64,000 nt of DNA from an uncultured delta proteobacterium (GCA_963789265.1 CAWBKB010000004.1:64001-128000); one strand, 5' to 3'; positions 31,430 to 41,978 are shown, numbered from the stretch's first letter. A program made the numbers and translations. The notes: generated by a model not told the origin, from the sequence alone.

Positions 31430-32659
31430 CTATTTCTTTCCTTCCTGCAGCTTCTTTACTTCATCAACTGACAACCAGACCTTCTCTGCAGGAATTTCCT
31501 TTACATCCTTCATAATGAGAAATTTCTTGTAGTGGGGATCTTTGGTGGTCACGCCCACGTATATGCCGACGTTGGCCATGTGGTCTATCGCACGGATGTA
31601 ACGCTCGCCCCTCAAGGATTTGAACCTAAGTCCGCCGAGTACTTTGACCACCTGTTCCGAGTCGACGCTGTTTGCTTTCTTTATGGCGTCGGTCAAAGCT
31701 ATCATACCGTCATAAGCCATAAGCGCCCAGTCAGCCGGCCATTCCTTGGACTTGTCGACGTACTTCTTGGAAAAAGCCTTCATCTGCGGAGTATCCACAG
31801 CGTAAAACGGGCACCGTGCATACCCTGTCAGCCCTTCCGGCATCTGCATCCCGGTGGCTCTAAGGAGATCCAGGTCAAAGAGCGAACTCAACGGTGCTTT
31901 TTTGAAGAGGCCGAAGGGAATGCCTTGCTTTATAAACGAGCTCAGTTGCCCGCCCCAGAAGGCCGCGTATGTGGCATCGGCGTTTTTCGCCATGAGGGTG
32001 GGAATGAACGGCGAGAAGTCTGAGTCGCCTATCTTGACCCACACCGGGTCGAGGACCGTCGCCTTGGGGTTGAATTTTGCCATTGCCGTCTTGAAGGCCT
32101 TCAACTGATCGTGACCGTACGCATAATCGGGACCTGTCAGCGCGTACCGTTTATACGGCTTCGCGGACAGCGCCAAGGCCATGCCACGACCCTCTATTCC
32201 GGTATTGGGCACCACCTGGAACATGTAACGCTGAAAATCCGTCGTGGTAAGCGATTCGGCATTTGAGGTCTGAAAGACCACAATCTTCTTGAGTTCCTTT
32301 GCCACTTTCGTGATAGCAAGTGCCACGGCGCTGCTGGTGGGTCCAATAAGAAAGTCGCACTTTTCGTTGAGGATCAACTCCCTGGCCATGTTGGCGCCGA
32401 CATCGGGTTTGAGGTGCGCGTCACGGACAATCAGCTCAAGCTTCTTGCCAAGCACGCCGCCCTTCGTGTTGGCTTCTTCAATAAACAGGTCGAGCCCGGA
32501 TTTCTGGGATTTGTAAAAGGGTGCCGCGATTCCCCCCACGTCGGCCACAAATCCGAGTCGAATAGTGTCACTTGCGATGGCGCCACCAGAGGCGGCCAAT
32601 CCAGCAATCAGCAACATGGACAAGAAGGCTGCAACGATTCCGAATCCCTTAAGTCTCAT
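31430..32659 (-). CDS. ABC substrate-binding protein (Liv-type)
   Basis: Signal peptide, N.KGGVLGKKLEL..RD, PDYAYG; GGAGG before MRLKG. Confidence 0.88.
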   Translation of the reverse strand: MRLKGFGIVAAFLSMLLIAGLAASGGAIASDTIRLGFVADVGGIAAPFYKSQKSGLDLFIEEANTKGGVLGKKLELIVRDAHLKPDVGANMARELILNEKCDFLIGPTSSAVALAITKVAKELKKIVVFQTSNAESLTTTDFQRYMFQVVPNTGIEGRGMALALSAKPYKRYALTGPDYAYGHDQLKAFKTAMAKFNPKATVLDPVWVKIGDSDFSPFIPTLMAKNADATYAAFWGGQLSSFIKQGIPFGLFKKAPLSSLFDLDLLRATGMQMPEGLTGYARCPFYAVDTPQMKAFSKKYVDKSKEWPADWALMAYDGMIALTDAIKKANSVDSEQVVKVLGGLRFKSLRGERYIRAIDHMANVGIYVGVTTKDPHYKKFLIMKDVKEIPAEKVWLSVDEVKKLQEGKK

Positions 32660-32781
32660 ATTACCCTCCAAAGCTAAATGTTTGTGGGCTCGAGGAATCC
32701 TCGGTCGGCCGAGTATCCTACCGCCCAAGCTGCTGTTTTGGCCCGCGCTTGTCGAGCCGGCAGGTACAATTACCGCGGTTA

Positions 32782-33621
32782 TCAATATGTTAAGACCATT
32801 CCGCCGTCGAATAACAAATCGCCCCCCACTAGGTATCTTGCGTAACGAGAGAAGCCGAAGATGAAAAGATTCGCGGTTTCCGCAGGAGACATCATCTCCT
32901 TAACCTGCGACTTGCCCATCATGATGTCCCGGACCACTTCTTCGGGAGTAATGGCCCGCTGTTCCGCCTGAGCCGGTATCTGGTTGAGGGCCAGCGGGGT
33001 CCTGACAAAGCCTGTACTGACCGAGAAAGACCGGATCCTCCCTTCTCCTTCCGCTGAGATTGATTGACTCAGCGCTCTGAGCCCGAATTTCGTGATGTTG
33101 TATACCGCCTTGTTCTTTGTGCAAATATGAGCGTGGACCGAAGCCATATTGCCGATGACTCCCGAGCGGTCGGAACTCCTTTTCATGTGGGGAATGCTCA
33201 ATTTGGAAAGATAGAATGGAGCACGCAGCATAATACGTTGCATGAGGTCATACTTCTCCATCGGGAAGTTTTCCACCGGGTCAATATGCTGGATACCGGC
33301 GATGTTGGCCAGATATTTAATGGACCCAAGCGTCGCAGCCTCCTGAACTGCGGCCTCGATATCATCATCTTTGGTGAGATCGGTCTCGATAAAAACCATT
33401 TGCCCGCCCATTTCACGGGCCATTTCCTGCGTCTTTCTGCCTTCCTCGCAGTTGATGTCGAGACCCACCGTCATCAAATTGTTGGCCGCGGCAGCAACGG
33501 CCGTTGCCCTTCCGATCCCGGTTCCGGCCCCGGACACCATGCAGACGTTTCTGAGGTTGAAATCGTCATCCACAAGGATGAGAATGTCTTCTCTTGCTAT
33601 TTTGGGCTCCCTGACATCCAT
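32782..33621 (-). CDS. SDR oxidoreductase, 3-hydroxybutyrate dehydrogenase-like
   Basis: SGAGTGIG, NIAGIQH, MASVH, YNITK, V.TPLA..QI. Confidence 0.82.
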   Translation of the reverse strand: MDVREPKIAREDILILVDDDFNLRNVCMVSGAGTGIGRATAVAAAANNLMTVGLDINCEEGRKTQEMAREMGGQMVFIETDLTKDDDIEAAVQEAATLGSIKYLANIAGIQHIDPVENFPMEKYDLMQRIMLRAPFYLSKLSIPHMKRSSDRSGVIGNMASVHAHICTKNKAVYNITKFGLRALSQSISAEGEGRIRSFSVSTGFVRTPLALNQIPAQAEQRAITPEEVVRDIMMGKSQVKEMMSPAETANLFIFGFSRYARYLVGGDLLFDGGMVLTY

Positions 33622-33666
33622 AGTTCCTCGCCAAGTTTGAGTAAATTAGGCATCGCAGCGGAGTAA

Positions 33667-33681
33667 GCAAAATCGGAGCCA
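33667..33681 (-). promoter_or_regulatory. Sigma-54 -24/-12 promoter for the SDR/ABC operon
   Basis: Minus-strand TGGCTCCGATTTTGC with canonical GG-N10-GC spacing, divergent from a sigma-54 activator. Confidence 0.7.
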
Positions 33682-33845
33682 AAGTTCGCTGCCGGCAACT
33701 CTCGCCACAAAGAATTACGGCGAGCGGCTCTCCAAGGTCATAAGATAAAGTGATCGCGAGTCTAACATTTCATTTGATATAGGCATATCGTTGCCGGATA
33801 ATGTAGAAGAGTGGATACATGCAGTAACTTTGATACAGGAACGTC

Positions 33846-35294
33846 ATGATGGGAAACGGCCGAGAAATCGATTCCCGCGGCACCGGGGATTCGAGGCGAT
33901 CCGAGCCCAAAATTCAAGTTCCGCGCGCGAGCCTCGACCAACTCGAAATGTACAAACTTATCCTGGACAGCGTCTACAATGGCGTCGTAGTGACGGATGC
34001 GTACGGATACGTGACACACTTCAACAAACCGTACGGGCAATTCCTCGGGGTCGATCCGGAAGCCCAAATCGGCAAACACGTTACGGAAGTCATTGAAAAC
34101 ACTCGTATGCACATCGTAGCAGAAACCGGTCAACCTGAGATCTGCTGGAGCCATCGGATCAAAGGTCAAAATATGGTTGTGCAGCGCATCCCGATAAAAA
34201 AGGATGGCAGGGTCATTGCGGTCTTCGGCCAAGTAATGTTCAAGGATATCAGCGACCTGAGCAAATTGGCCAAGAAGCTTTCTCTGTTGGAATCAAAAGT
34301 AGAGTTTTATGAGCAGGAGCTGATTTCTTTGCGCTCCACCCGCTACACCATCGACAGCATAGTGGGCGTGAGCGATCAGATGGTCAACCTGAAAAGAGAA
34401 GCGCTCAAGGCTGCTAGGACTCGACTGCCGGTCCTTATAACAGGCCGGTCGGGGACAGGAAAGGAGCTGTTCGCTCAGGCTATCCACTGTGCCAGCGGGC
34501 GCAGATTATATCCTTTCATTCGTATCAATTGTGCGGCAATACCGAAAGATCTATTGGAATCCGAGCTTTTCGGTTACGAAAGAGGGGCTTTTACCGGGGC
34601 CAGATCCGATGGGAAACCGGGCAAATTTGAGTTAGCCCATCACGGCACGGTTTTCCTTGATGAAATAGGAGATCTACCACTTGAAATGCAGCCGAAATTG
34701 TTGCGAGTCTTGGAAGAAAAGGAATTTGAACGTATTGGTGCCACTTCTTTGCTTCGGGCCGATTTTCGGCTGATTGCCGCCAGCAACCAAAATCTCGAAG
34801 AGATGGTCGGTCAGGGTCGATTTCGACAAGACCTTCTTTATCGCTTAAACGTCATACCATTACACATTCCACAGCTCAGAGAGCGAAGGGAAGATATTAT
34901 TCCGCTGTCATCTCATATACTAAGAGAAATCGTGGCAGACGCTGGTCTGCGTGAGATAAAAATCGATCCCCGGGCGGAAGAAGTTTTGAGGAATTATGAT
35001 TGGCCGGGAAATGTTCGTGAGCTGTCTAACGTTCTTGAGCGAGTCTCTTGTTCACTTGAAAAGGATACTATTTATCCTCGCGATCTACCGTTCTACCTGC
35101 ATAACAAGCGGGCAAATTCAGCCGAACCCAGTCGAGCTTCTCTCAAAGACGTGAAATCTGCCTCGGAAAAGGAAGCTATTCGCCACGCGCTGGCCGCCAC
35201 GAACAACAACAAGGCGCGTGCCGTGGACCTGCTGGGTATACATCGGACACTCTTGTACAAAAAGATGAAGAGGTACGGGCTGCCCTTGGATTGA
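33846..35294 (+). CDS. PAS-domain sigma-54-dependent transcriptional activator
   Basis: PAS, GRSGTGKE, ESELFGYERGAFTGA, FLDEIG, WPGNVREL, Fis HTH. Confidence 0.95.
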   Translation: MMGNGREIDSRGTGDSRRSEPKIQVPRASLDQLEMYKLILDSVYNGVVVTDAYGYVTHFNKPYGQFLGVDPEAQIGKHVTEVIENTRMHIVAETGQPEICWSHRIKGQNMVVQRIPIKKDGRVIAVFGQVMFKDISDLSKLAKKLSLLESKVEFYEQELISLRSTRYTIDSIVGVSDQMVNLKREALKAARTRLPVLITGRSGTGKELFAQAIHCASGRRLYPFIRINCAAIPKDLLESELFGYERGAFTGARSDGKPGKFELAHHGTVFLDEIGDLPLEMQPKLLRVLEEKEFERIGATSLLRADFRLIAASNQNLEEMVGQGRFRQDLLYRLNVIPLHIPQLRERREDIIPLSSHILREIVADAGLREIKIDPRAEEVLRNYDWPGNVRELSNVLERVSCSLEKDTIYPRDLPFYLHNKRANSAEPSRASLKDVKSASEKEAIRHALAATNNNKARAVDLLGIHRTLLYKKMKRYGLPLD

Positions 35295-35367
35295 CACATT
35301 AATCCCCTACCTAACAGTAACATCTGTTTTCACGATTACGGGCCTTTGAGGGGGATGCTGGCCGCAA

Positions 35368-35577
35368 GAAACTGTCTCAAAACTATTTTGATGCCTAACA
35401 TCGTGCCACGATTGGATCTGATTCGTATAGTTGCTGCCCTCACCCCAACTCTCTCCGATAGGGAGAGGGAGCTGCACCAAAGCGGCTATTGAAGTCCCCT
35501 CGCCCTTTGGGAGAGGGATAGGGTGAGGGGATTACGTGGCACGATGTCGTCGTGTTCAAGGGTTTTGAGACACTTTC
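35368..35577. mobile_element. 210-bp MITE with IS1182 ends carrying a CCCTCACCCC-type REP doublet
   Basis: gaaactgtctcaaaa identical to the IS left end at 12802; right end ttttgagacactttc; internal ccctcaccccaactctctcc...gggagagggatagggtgagggg. Confidence 0.8.
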
Positions 35578-35746
35578 GTAAAATGGGCGTGCCGTCCGTA
35601 CGATAAGTGATTTGTTCCAAGCAACGACAACGCGCCTCGGAACCTCTGGCTGGAAAACACATGTGCATCGTTCGTCGCCGGATCCACCAGCAGCGGTGCC
35701 GGCGCCAAACATGTCATAAAGTGGAAGGCTGAGACAGCGCCGCGAC

Positions 35747-35870
35747 CTAAGTACAGGTTTTCGTAAATACGTTCGCGAATTTGGGTGCCACTGCTGGGCA
35801 AGCCAGCAGTGGCACCCAACCAAAGGCGATTACCCCCACACGAGCTGGTATTTCGTATAACCATATTTAG
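35747..35870. repeat. Palindromic element with a perfect 17-bp stem (related copy at 57454)
   Basis: ttgggtgccactgctgg-gcaag-ccagcagtggcacccaa within weak terminal inverted repeats. Confidence 0.65.
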
Positions 35871-36032
35871 GAAATAGAGTACTAGGCAAGAACCGTCCGA
35901 GCACGCGCTGGCTTTACACGCTGTAAGAAATACTGACATTGAAGACGTCCGGTCTCGTCGCGCGAATTGAAAGGCCAGAAAGAAATCACTGTGTTTAGAC
36001 GTTATTAAATTAGCAGAGCAGCTCTTCAGGAC

Positions 36033-36047
36033 TGGCACGGTCATTGC
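36033..36047 (+). promoter_or_regulatory. Sigma-54 -24/-12 promoter
   Basis: TGGCACGGTCATTGC, consensus match just upstream of the receiver gene. Confidence 0.75.
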
Positions 36048-36093
36048 TACATCCTGATTTCTGTCGCCTTTTGTTCCTTGAGAGCGTACTTCC

Positions 36094-36498
36094 ATGAACG
36101 CCCCATTCAGAATACTGATCACGGATCGGAACCGCCATGTGAGGGAGCTTTTACAGCGCGAGTTCAGGCACGCCGGATTTCAAACTCAGGTGGCAAAGGA
36201 CGGCCAAGAAGTCCTTACGATCATGGAGACCGAGCAACCGCCCGATCTGCTCATCCTCGACCTGGAAATGCCCCACGGAGACGGGCTGGAAATACTGCAA
36301 CGTCTCCAAGCGCATCCGGCCCCTCTCCCCGTAGTGATACATGCTTTCCTGGCGGAACATTCAAGTCAACCCGCTGTCGAGAAGGCAGCAGCCCTCGTAG
36401 AGAAGAAAGGGGACACCAATTGCTTGAAAGCAGCGGTCATGGAGGTGCTCAAGAAACATTATCCAAGCCGCTTTGAGGGCATGCTGGAGAAAGTGTGA
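36094..36498 (+). CDS. Stand-alone response-regulator receiver protein
   Basis: RILITD, PDLLILDLEMP..DGLE, PVVIH. Confidence 0.85.
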   Translation: MNAPFRILITDRNRHVRELLQREFRHAGFQTQVAKDGQEVLTIMETEQPPDLLILDLEMPHGDGLEILQRLQAHPAPLPVVIHAFLAEHSSQPAVEKAAALVEKKGDTNCLKAAVMEVLKKHYPSRFEGMLEKV

Positions 36499-36653
36499 TC
36501 GCTGGAACTGCAAAGGTCTACTGTCACAAAAGAAAGTGGATCGAGGAAGAGAGAGCGCGAAGCGTGACTCCATTTCGGAAAGGGTCTAGTATAATATCCT
36601 AAGGAACCGGCTGAACTACCGGCCTCCGGAAAATTCCTGCAAGGAGTCCGCAT

Positions 36654-38063
36654 ATAGCTCCACGCGTAAAAGAAAGTATTATTATTTTCACGCGGTACCC
36701 CGAACCCGGCAAGACCAAAACCCGCCTGATCCCGGTGCTTGGGCGTGAAGGAGCGGCGGGTCTCCACCGCCGAATGACGGAATATGTTCTCGCACAAGCA
36801 GAGGTCCTGCGGACAAGACGCACGGTCGCAGTTGAAATATGCTTCGAAGGGGGCGATGAAGTCCAACTGAGCCACTGGCTTGGAGGTCATTTATCCTATC
36901 GGCGGCAAGAGGGAGGGGACCTCGGCATTCGTATGTGCGCGGCCTTCGAGCATGCATTTCTAGCTGGGGTGGAACGGGTTATACTTGTGGGAACAGACTT
37001 GCCAGGGCTCAACGACAAGCTGCTGGAACTGGCTCTTGAAGCCCTTCGAGACAATGACGTAGTCCTCGGACCTGCATGCGATGGCGGCTATTATCTCATA
37101 GGTCTGAAGCGGCTGTACCCCTCTTTGTTCCAGGGCGTACAATGGGGAACACAGGAGGTCTTGACGAAAACGCTCCGGATCGCCCATCGCAAAGGACTTT
37201 CGGTGAAGCTTTTGGAATCTATGGTCGACGTGGACCGTCCTGAAGACCTGGAAACCTGGGTCAAGGGCAAAACTTGCTTTCCGCGGCCCTCTCTTCCGTT
37301 TGATTCGGAGAGACAGGCCGCGTCTCGCGACGTTATTTCTGTGATAATACCAACGCTGAATGAAGCCTCCAACCTTACCGGCACATTGGACGCCGTGCGA
37401 GAGGCTGAAAGAGCGGAGATTATCGTCGTGGACGGAGGCAGCAGCGATCAAACAATGGAAGTCGCGCGGGCCTACGACGCGCGTAGCCTACAGGTCACGG
37501 CCGGTCGGGCAGCACAGATGAATGCAGGAGCCAGAGAAGCGCTGGGCGGAATTCTCCTGTTTTTGCATGCCGACACACAAGTACCGAAGGGGTGGGCATA
37601 TCTTGTTCGGACAGAACTGGACAAGCCAGGAATAGTGGGCGGAGCATTTACTTTGAAGCTCGATGAGAATGCGCGCTGGGCGGAAATAATCGAAAAGCTG
37701 GTGGATATTCGATCGCGTCGCCTGAAGCTTCCTTATGGCGATCAAGCTATCTTCGTACGAGCGGAACTCTTCCGCATTATGGGTGGATTTCCTGAGCTTC
37801 CGATTATGGAGGATTTCGAGTTTATGCGTCGTCTTCGGAGGAAGGGCCGAATAAGCATTGTGACAGAGACTGCCGTGACATCCGCGCGTCGTTGGAAGGA
37901 GAAAGGTGTCTGGTGGACCACCGCAGTCAATCAATTGGTGATTCTCGGGTACCTACTGGGCGTCTCACCACGGTTGTTGGCACGAATATATCATTTCAAG
38001 CCTTTCCGCGCCGATCGCCACGCGGCTCGGCCGAGAAAATCCTTTGTTCGGCCTTGGCCTTGA
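36654..38063 (+). CDS. Fused DUF2064 (TIGR04282-type) and GT2 (TIGR04283-type) glycosyltransferase
   Basis: In-frame IIFTRYPEPGKTKTRLIP upstream of the called ORF, GDLG.RM, GTDLP, GPA.DGGYYLIG, DVDRPEDL; then ISVIIPTLNE, LFLHAD, PYGDQ, TSARRW. Confidence 0.88.
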   Translation: MAPRVKESIIIFTRYPEPGKTKTRLIPVLGREGAAGLHRRMTEYVLAQAEVLRTRRTVAVEICFEGGDEVQLSHWLGGHLSYRRQEGGDLGIRMCAAFEHAFLAGVERVILVGTDLPGLNDKLLELALEALRDNDVVLGPACDGGYYLIGLKRLYPSLFQGVQWGTQEVLTKTLRIAHRKGLSVKLLESMVDVDRPEDLETWVKGKTCFPRPSLPFDSERQAASRDVISVIIPTLNEASNLTGTLDAVREAERAEIIVVDGGSSDQTMEVARAYDARSLQVTAGRAAQMNAGAREALGGILLFLHADTQVPKGWAYLVRTELDKPGIVGGAFTLKLDENARWAEIIEKLVDIRSRRLKLPYGDQAIFVRAELFRIMGGFPELPIMEDFEFMRRLRRKGRISIVTETAVTSARRWKEKGVWWTTAVNQLVILGYLLGVSPRLLARIYHFKPFRADRHAARPRKSFVRPWP

Positions 38064-38095
38064 AAGACAACGCCAGCCGCGAAAGGGGTCCGGCA

Positions 38096-39080
38096 TTGCG
38101 AGCATTGGTCACAGGGGCAACTGGTTTTATCGGAAGCCATCTGGCCGAGAAACTAGTGGAAAAGGGTTGGGAAGTCGTATGCCCGGTCCGTGATACGTCT
38201 AACCTGCGGAATCTGCACGGCATCCCGGCTCGAGTCATCCCTCAACGTGAACTGGACTTCGAACCGGGCAGGAATGGATGGTTTGATTATGTATTCCATT
38301 TGGCCGGGGCGACGCGCGCTCGCGATTACGCTTCTTATCGAGAAGCAAACGTCGAGTCCACCCGGCGCTTGCTGGAGCTGTTATCACAACCTGCTGCGCA
38401 TGCTTGCCTGAAAAGGTTCGTGCTGGTCGGCTCTCAGGCAGCATGCGGGCCGTCCTCCGGCAACGGAGCCGCCGTCATAGAGTCCGATCCGCTCCGGCCT
38501 ATTTCACTTTACGGGCGTTCCAAGGTTGAAGCGGAAGAAGTCGCCCTGGACTTCGCGGACCGAGTCCCTGTTACGATGATTCGTCCGCCGACAGTCTTTG
38601 GGCCCCGAGATGTGGATGTGTTGAGCATATTCAAGTGTGTGCGTTATCGGTTGGCTCCCTGTCTTGCAGGCCCGGACAGGATGGTAAGTATAATCTACGT
38701 GGAAGATCTTGTTGACGGCATCCTAACCGCGGCTCTGGCTTCAAAGTCGCGGGGAGAGATCTACTTTTTGGCAAACCAATACCCGGTGGTTTGGAGAGAA
38801 TTCGTGCTTCAGGTCGCCAGTATTTCCGGCGGTTGGGCTGTCACACTTCCCATGCCTCTTTTTGTGATGAAGCTTGCAGCATTAGTCGGTGACTTGCTCG
38901 GCAAGGTGCGAAAGACTACTCCACTCGTCAGGTCGGAAAAGTTCGAGGAAATGAAACAAATTGCTTGGGTCTGCTCTGCGGAAAAAGCCTATCGGGACCT
39001 GCAATGGCGCCCGAAAACCCCGTTGCCCGCCGCAATTGAAAAGACCCAAATATGGTATAAAGAAACACCGCTGGATCTAG
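38096..39080 (+). CDS. NAD-dependent epimerase/dehydratase (3-prime single-base insertion)
   Basis: LVTGATGFIGSHL, FHLAG, YGRSK; removing one A near 39063 gives ...KEHRWI-stop and removes the overlap with tatC. Confidence 0.88.
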
Positions 39081-39096
39081 TACGGGGCCGCTTGTC

Positions 39097-39879
39097 CTAC
39101 GGTAAATCTTCCGCGGTTGCCTCTGCTGCTTCGGCGAGTTTTCTCTCTCGTTCTCTCCTCTTTTCAAGCATGTCCAGGACCCGTATGCCTATCTCGTAAA
39201 ACAGGAGCATCGGCAGAGCCATAAGAGACTGATTTATCACGTCGGGAGAAGGGCTGAGTATGGCAGCGATCACGAAAGCCAGCACAATGAAGTATCTCCG
39301 ACCCTTCTTCAGATGCTGGCTGCTAAAGAGTCCGAGAAGCCCCAGAAATACAATCACAATCGGTGTCTCAAAGATTGCGCCGAAAGCCGCCATCAGGAGC
39401 ACGACAAGGGAGACGTACTCCCGAATGGCCAACATAGGCTTCAGCTCTGGAGACACGTAGCCCAGAAAGAACTTGAAAGCGGCGGGAAATACGAGGAAAT
39501 AGGCGAAGGCCCCACCGGCGTAGAACAGCAACGTGGCACAAACTATAAACGGCAGAGCCAGCTTACGCTCGTGCTCGTGAAGGCCCGGATAAACGAATTG
39601 CCACAATTGGTACAGCACGTACGGAAGTGCCAAAAAAAGACCGGCAAAAAACGCTATCTTCAGATAAATGAAAAAGGGATCGGGAAGGCTGGTAAATACC
39701 AGCGCAGTGCCCGCGGGGAGGAGCCGGGTAATCGGCGCGGCGAGCATGCTGAATAAGCGCTGGCTGAATACTACGGATATTCCAAATCCGACGCAAATTG
39801 CCAAAACTGATCGTATCAGCCGCGTGCGCAGTTCTTCCAGGTGTTGGAGAAAAGGCATCCGCCCTTCGACGTCGTTCAC
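39097..39879 (-). CDS. tatC: Twin-arginine translocase subunit TatC
   Basis: MPFLQHLEELRTRL, YQLWQFVYPGL..E, FETP, AAILSP.PD, LFYEIG. Confidence 0.95.
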   Translation of the reverse strand: MNDVEGRMPFLQHLEELRTRLIRSVLAICVGFGISVVFSQRLFSMLAAPITRLLPAGTALVFTSLPDPFFIYLKIAFFAGLFLALPYVLYQLWQFVYPGLHEHERKLALPFIVCATLLFYAGGAFAYFLVFPAAFKFFLGYVSPELKPMLAIREYVSLVVLLMAAFGAIFETPIVIVFLGLLGLFSSQHLKKGRRYFIVLAFVIAAILSPSPDVINQSLMALPMLLFYEIGIRVLDMLEKRRERERKLAEAAEATAEDLP

Positions 39880-40248
39880 AGTGGTGTCCTTCTCAAAAAG
39901 ATCTCGGCAGGCAGGGTTCTACTTATAGCAGTTCTCTAGAGTACTTTCCGAATGCGCACTCAGTTGTCTGAGACAAAAACCGGACTTAGCTGCACCCGGG
40001 TTCCGGCGCTCGACGTAATGAAGCCAAAACACAATCGGAAATTATTTTCAAGAATTGCCATAGTCCCGCACAGTCACGCGGTTCCGCTTTCTGCGGTAGC
40101 CTTAACTATTGTAACAATACTCTTTATGACTGTAACGTTCAAGCAGGGTGGAAACGCATTTCTTTCCCCAACGTTGAACCAATCCCTCGATCAGTACTCT
40201 TCACGTCCGAATCAGGCGGGATTGCATAACCGTCACTTGCCGCAACGG

Positions 40249-40647
40249 CTAACCCTGCGGAGCAAAAATGATAGCTCTGTACAAGGCCAGCCCTACCAGA
40301 AAATCGGCAAAGAGCACGCAATCGTCGGCAAACATGGATTCCAGCAGCCAGCTCAGGGGCTGGGCAGCCGGGCTGGCTTTGTAAGACCCTGCTATAGTAG
40401 AGAATATAGAGAAATCGGTCATCATTATGATGCCGACAAAAGCAAGGAAACTGTTGAGCAGTAACCCCCACACCGCGGTGCGCCTTGAAAGAAAGAGAAG
40501 GCTGACCATTACGACGTGAATCCCTGAAAATAATGAAGGCCAAAAATACGTAAGGGTTTTGGGAGGGTGAATCCGAAAGTGGAGCATGAACCCGCCCAAG
40601 CTCAGACCTAGCAGAGCAACCCACAATTGCCAGCGTTGTTCGCTCAT
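40249..40647 (-). CDS. Hypothetical integral membrane protein
   Basis: About four hydrophobic helices; LH.RIHPP motif. Confidence 0.65.
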   Translation of the reverse strand: MSEQRWQLWVALLGLSLGGFMLHFRIHPPKTLTYFWPSLFSGIHVVMVSLLFLSRRTAVWGLLLNSFLAFVGIIMMTDFSIFSTIAGSYKASPAAQPLSWLLESMFADDCVLFADFLVGLALYRAIIFAPQG

Positions 40648-40655
40648 AATTTCCC

Positions 40656-40757
40656 TCATTTAAAATGGATAGACGAACCCAGCAGGAACAGAAGTATTAT
40701 CGTGACCAGATGGAGAATCCAAAAGCCTGCTTTCGGATACATCAAGCGCTTCAACAT
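40656..40757 (-). CDS. Small membrane protein (33 aa; not in ORF track)
   Basis: MLKRLMYPKAGFWILHLVTIILLFLLGSSIHFK, GGGGGAG upstream, stop 8 nt before the next start. Confidence 0.6.
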   Translation of the reverse strand: MLKRLMYPKAGFWILHLVTIILLFLLGSSIHFK

Positions 40758-41300
40758 GATCATCTCCCCCACAATATTTGTGATGCAAGACGCCCGGCAG
40801 TGTAAACGATGCTAAATCCGACGAAATGGACCACCCACCATCTGAAAGAGAGAAACCGCCATTTCTTATTCAATTAGATCACCTCCCCCTGCATGCGCTC
40901 AGCAAGTCTTCAACAAGTGTGACCCGTAGATTCCTAATGTTTCGCTACTTTGGATTCCATGTACAATTAGTTGCCGATTTCCATACCACACCATGACGTA
41001 TCCGGCATATTTTTTGACTTGATTCTTATCTCCATTTCATTTCACAATTGCACATAGAGACCCTAGCGTCAACGGATACGCCTGGAAGCGGAAAGACACG
41101 CAATCGTGACGGTACGTGACACGGCTAGCGGGCATAATTACTTTGAAAATTGAGACTATCTATCAGTCCTAGTCACGTGCGCTTTATACGGGTTTTCAAA
41201 AATTCTGTCTTTTGGGGTTGGATATCAACGGATAAGGTTGTGCATTCCGTGAAAGCTCTCGAGATCAGCTTTAATATCGATTCTTTTGAAGGGGGAAATC

Positions 41301-41978
41301 ATGCAGGACAAGTTGTCCGCTGCAGTCGAATCAGGAAACAGCGATGAGGTTCAACGCTTGTTGGCTGGCGGGGCCAGTATAAATGCAAAGGGATCCGACG
41401 GCCTCACCGCTCTCATGAGAGCTTGTCTCAAAGGCCATGCGGCAGTGGCAAGAGTCCTCCTTGATAAAGGGGCCGACGTGGACGTGCAGGACAACTATGG
41501 TTGGTCGGCCTTGTTATGGGCGTCTTCGTTGGGCCAAGTGGAAATAGCGAAAATGTGCATCTCAAAGGGAGCCAATCTTGGAGTCAAAGACCAGTATGGA
41601 GCTACATCTTTGATGAAAGCCGCCCGACGGAATTACCCGGATGTGGTGAAGCTTTTGATCGGGAGCGGCGCTGATGTTAACGCCAAGGACAGCATGGGGC
41701 GCACAGCCTTAATGAGGGCAGCGCGCAGAGGATATTCAGAGGTCGCTAGGCTGCTTTTGGATGCCGGGGCTGACACCGAGGAGTCGGACGAACGCGGCGC
41801 CACTGCTCTCATAATCGGCGCATCTGAAGGCCAAGTGGAGACGGTCAAAGTGCTTCTGGAGTTTGGGGCTGCGATCCACGCACGCGATAAGAACGGCTGG
41901 ACCCCATGGTTATGGGCCTTTTCCGCCGGCCATGCGGAAGTAGTGAAACTGCTGAAAACTTATGGGGCTGAATACTAA
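41301..41978 (+). CDS. Ankyrin-repeat protein
   Basis: About six to seven G.TALM.A...G...V..LL..GAD units. Confidence 0.92.
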   Translation: MQDKLSAAVESGNSDEVQRLLAGGASINAKGSDGLTALMRACLKGHAAVARVLLDKGADVDVQDNYGWSALLWASSLGQVEIAKMCISKGANLGVKDQYGATSLMKAARRNYPDVVKLLIGSGADVNAKDSMGRTALMRAARRGYSEVARLLLDAGADTEESDERGATALIIGASEGQVETVKVLLEFGAAIHARDKNGWTPWLWAFSAGHAEVVKLLKTYGAEY

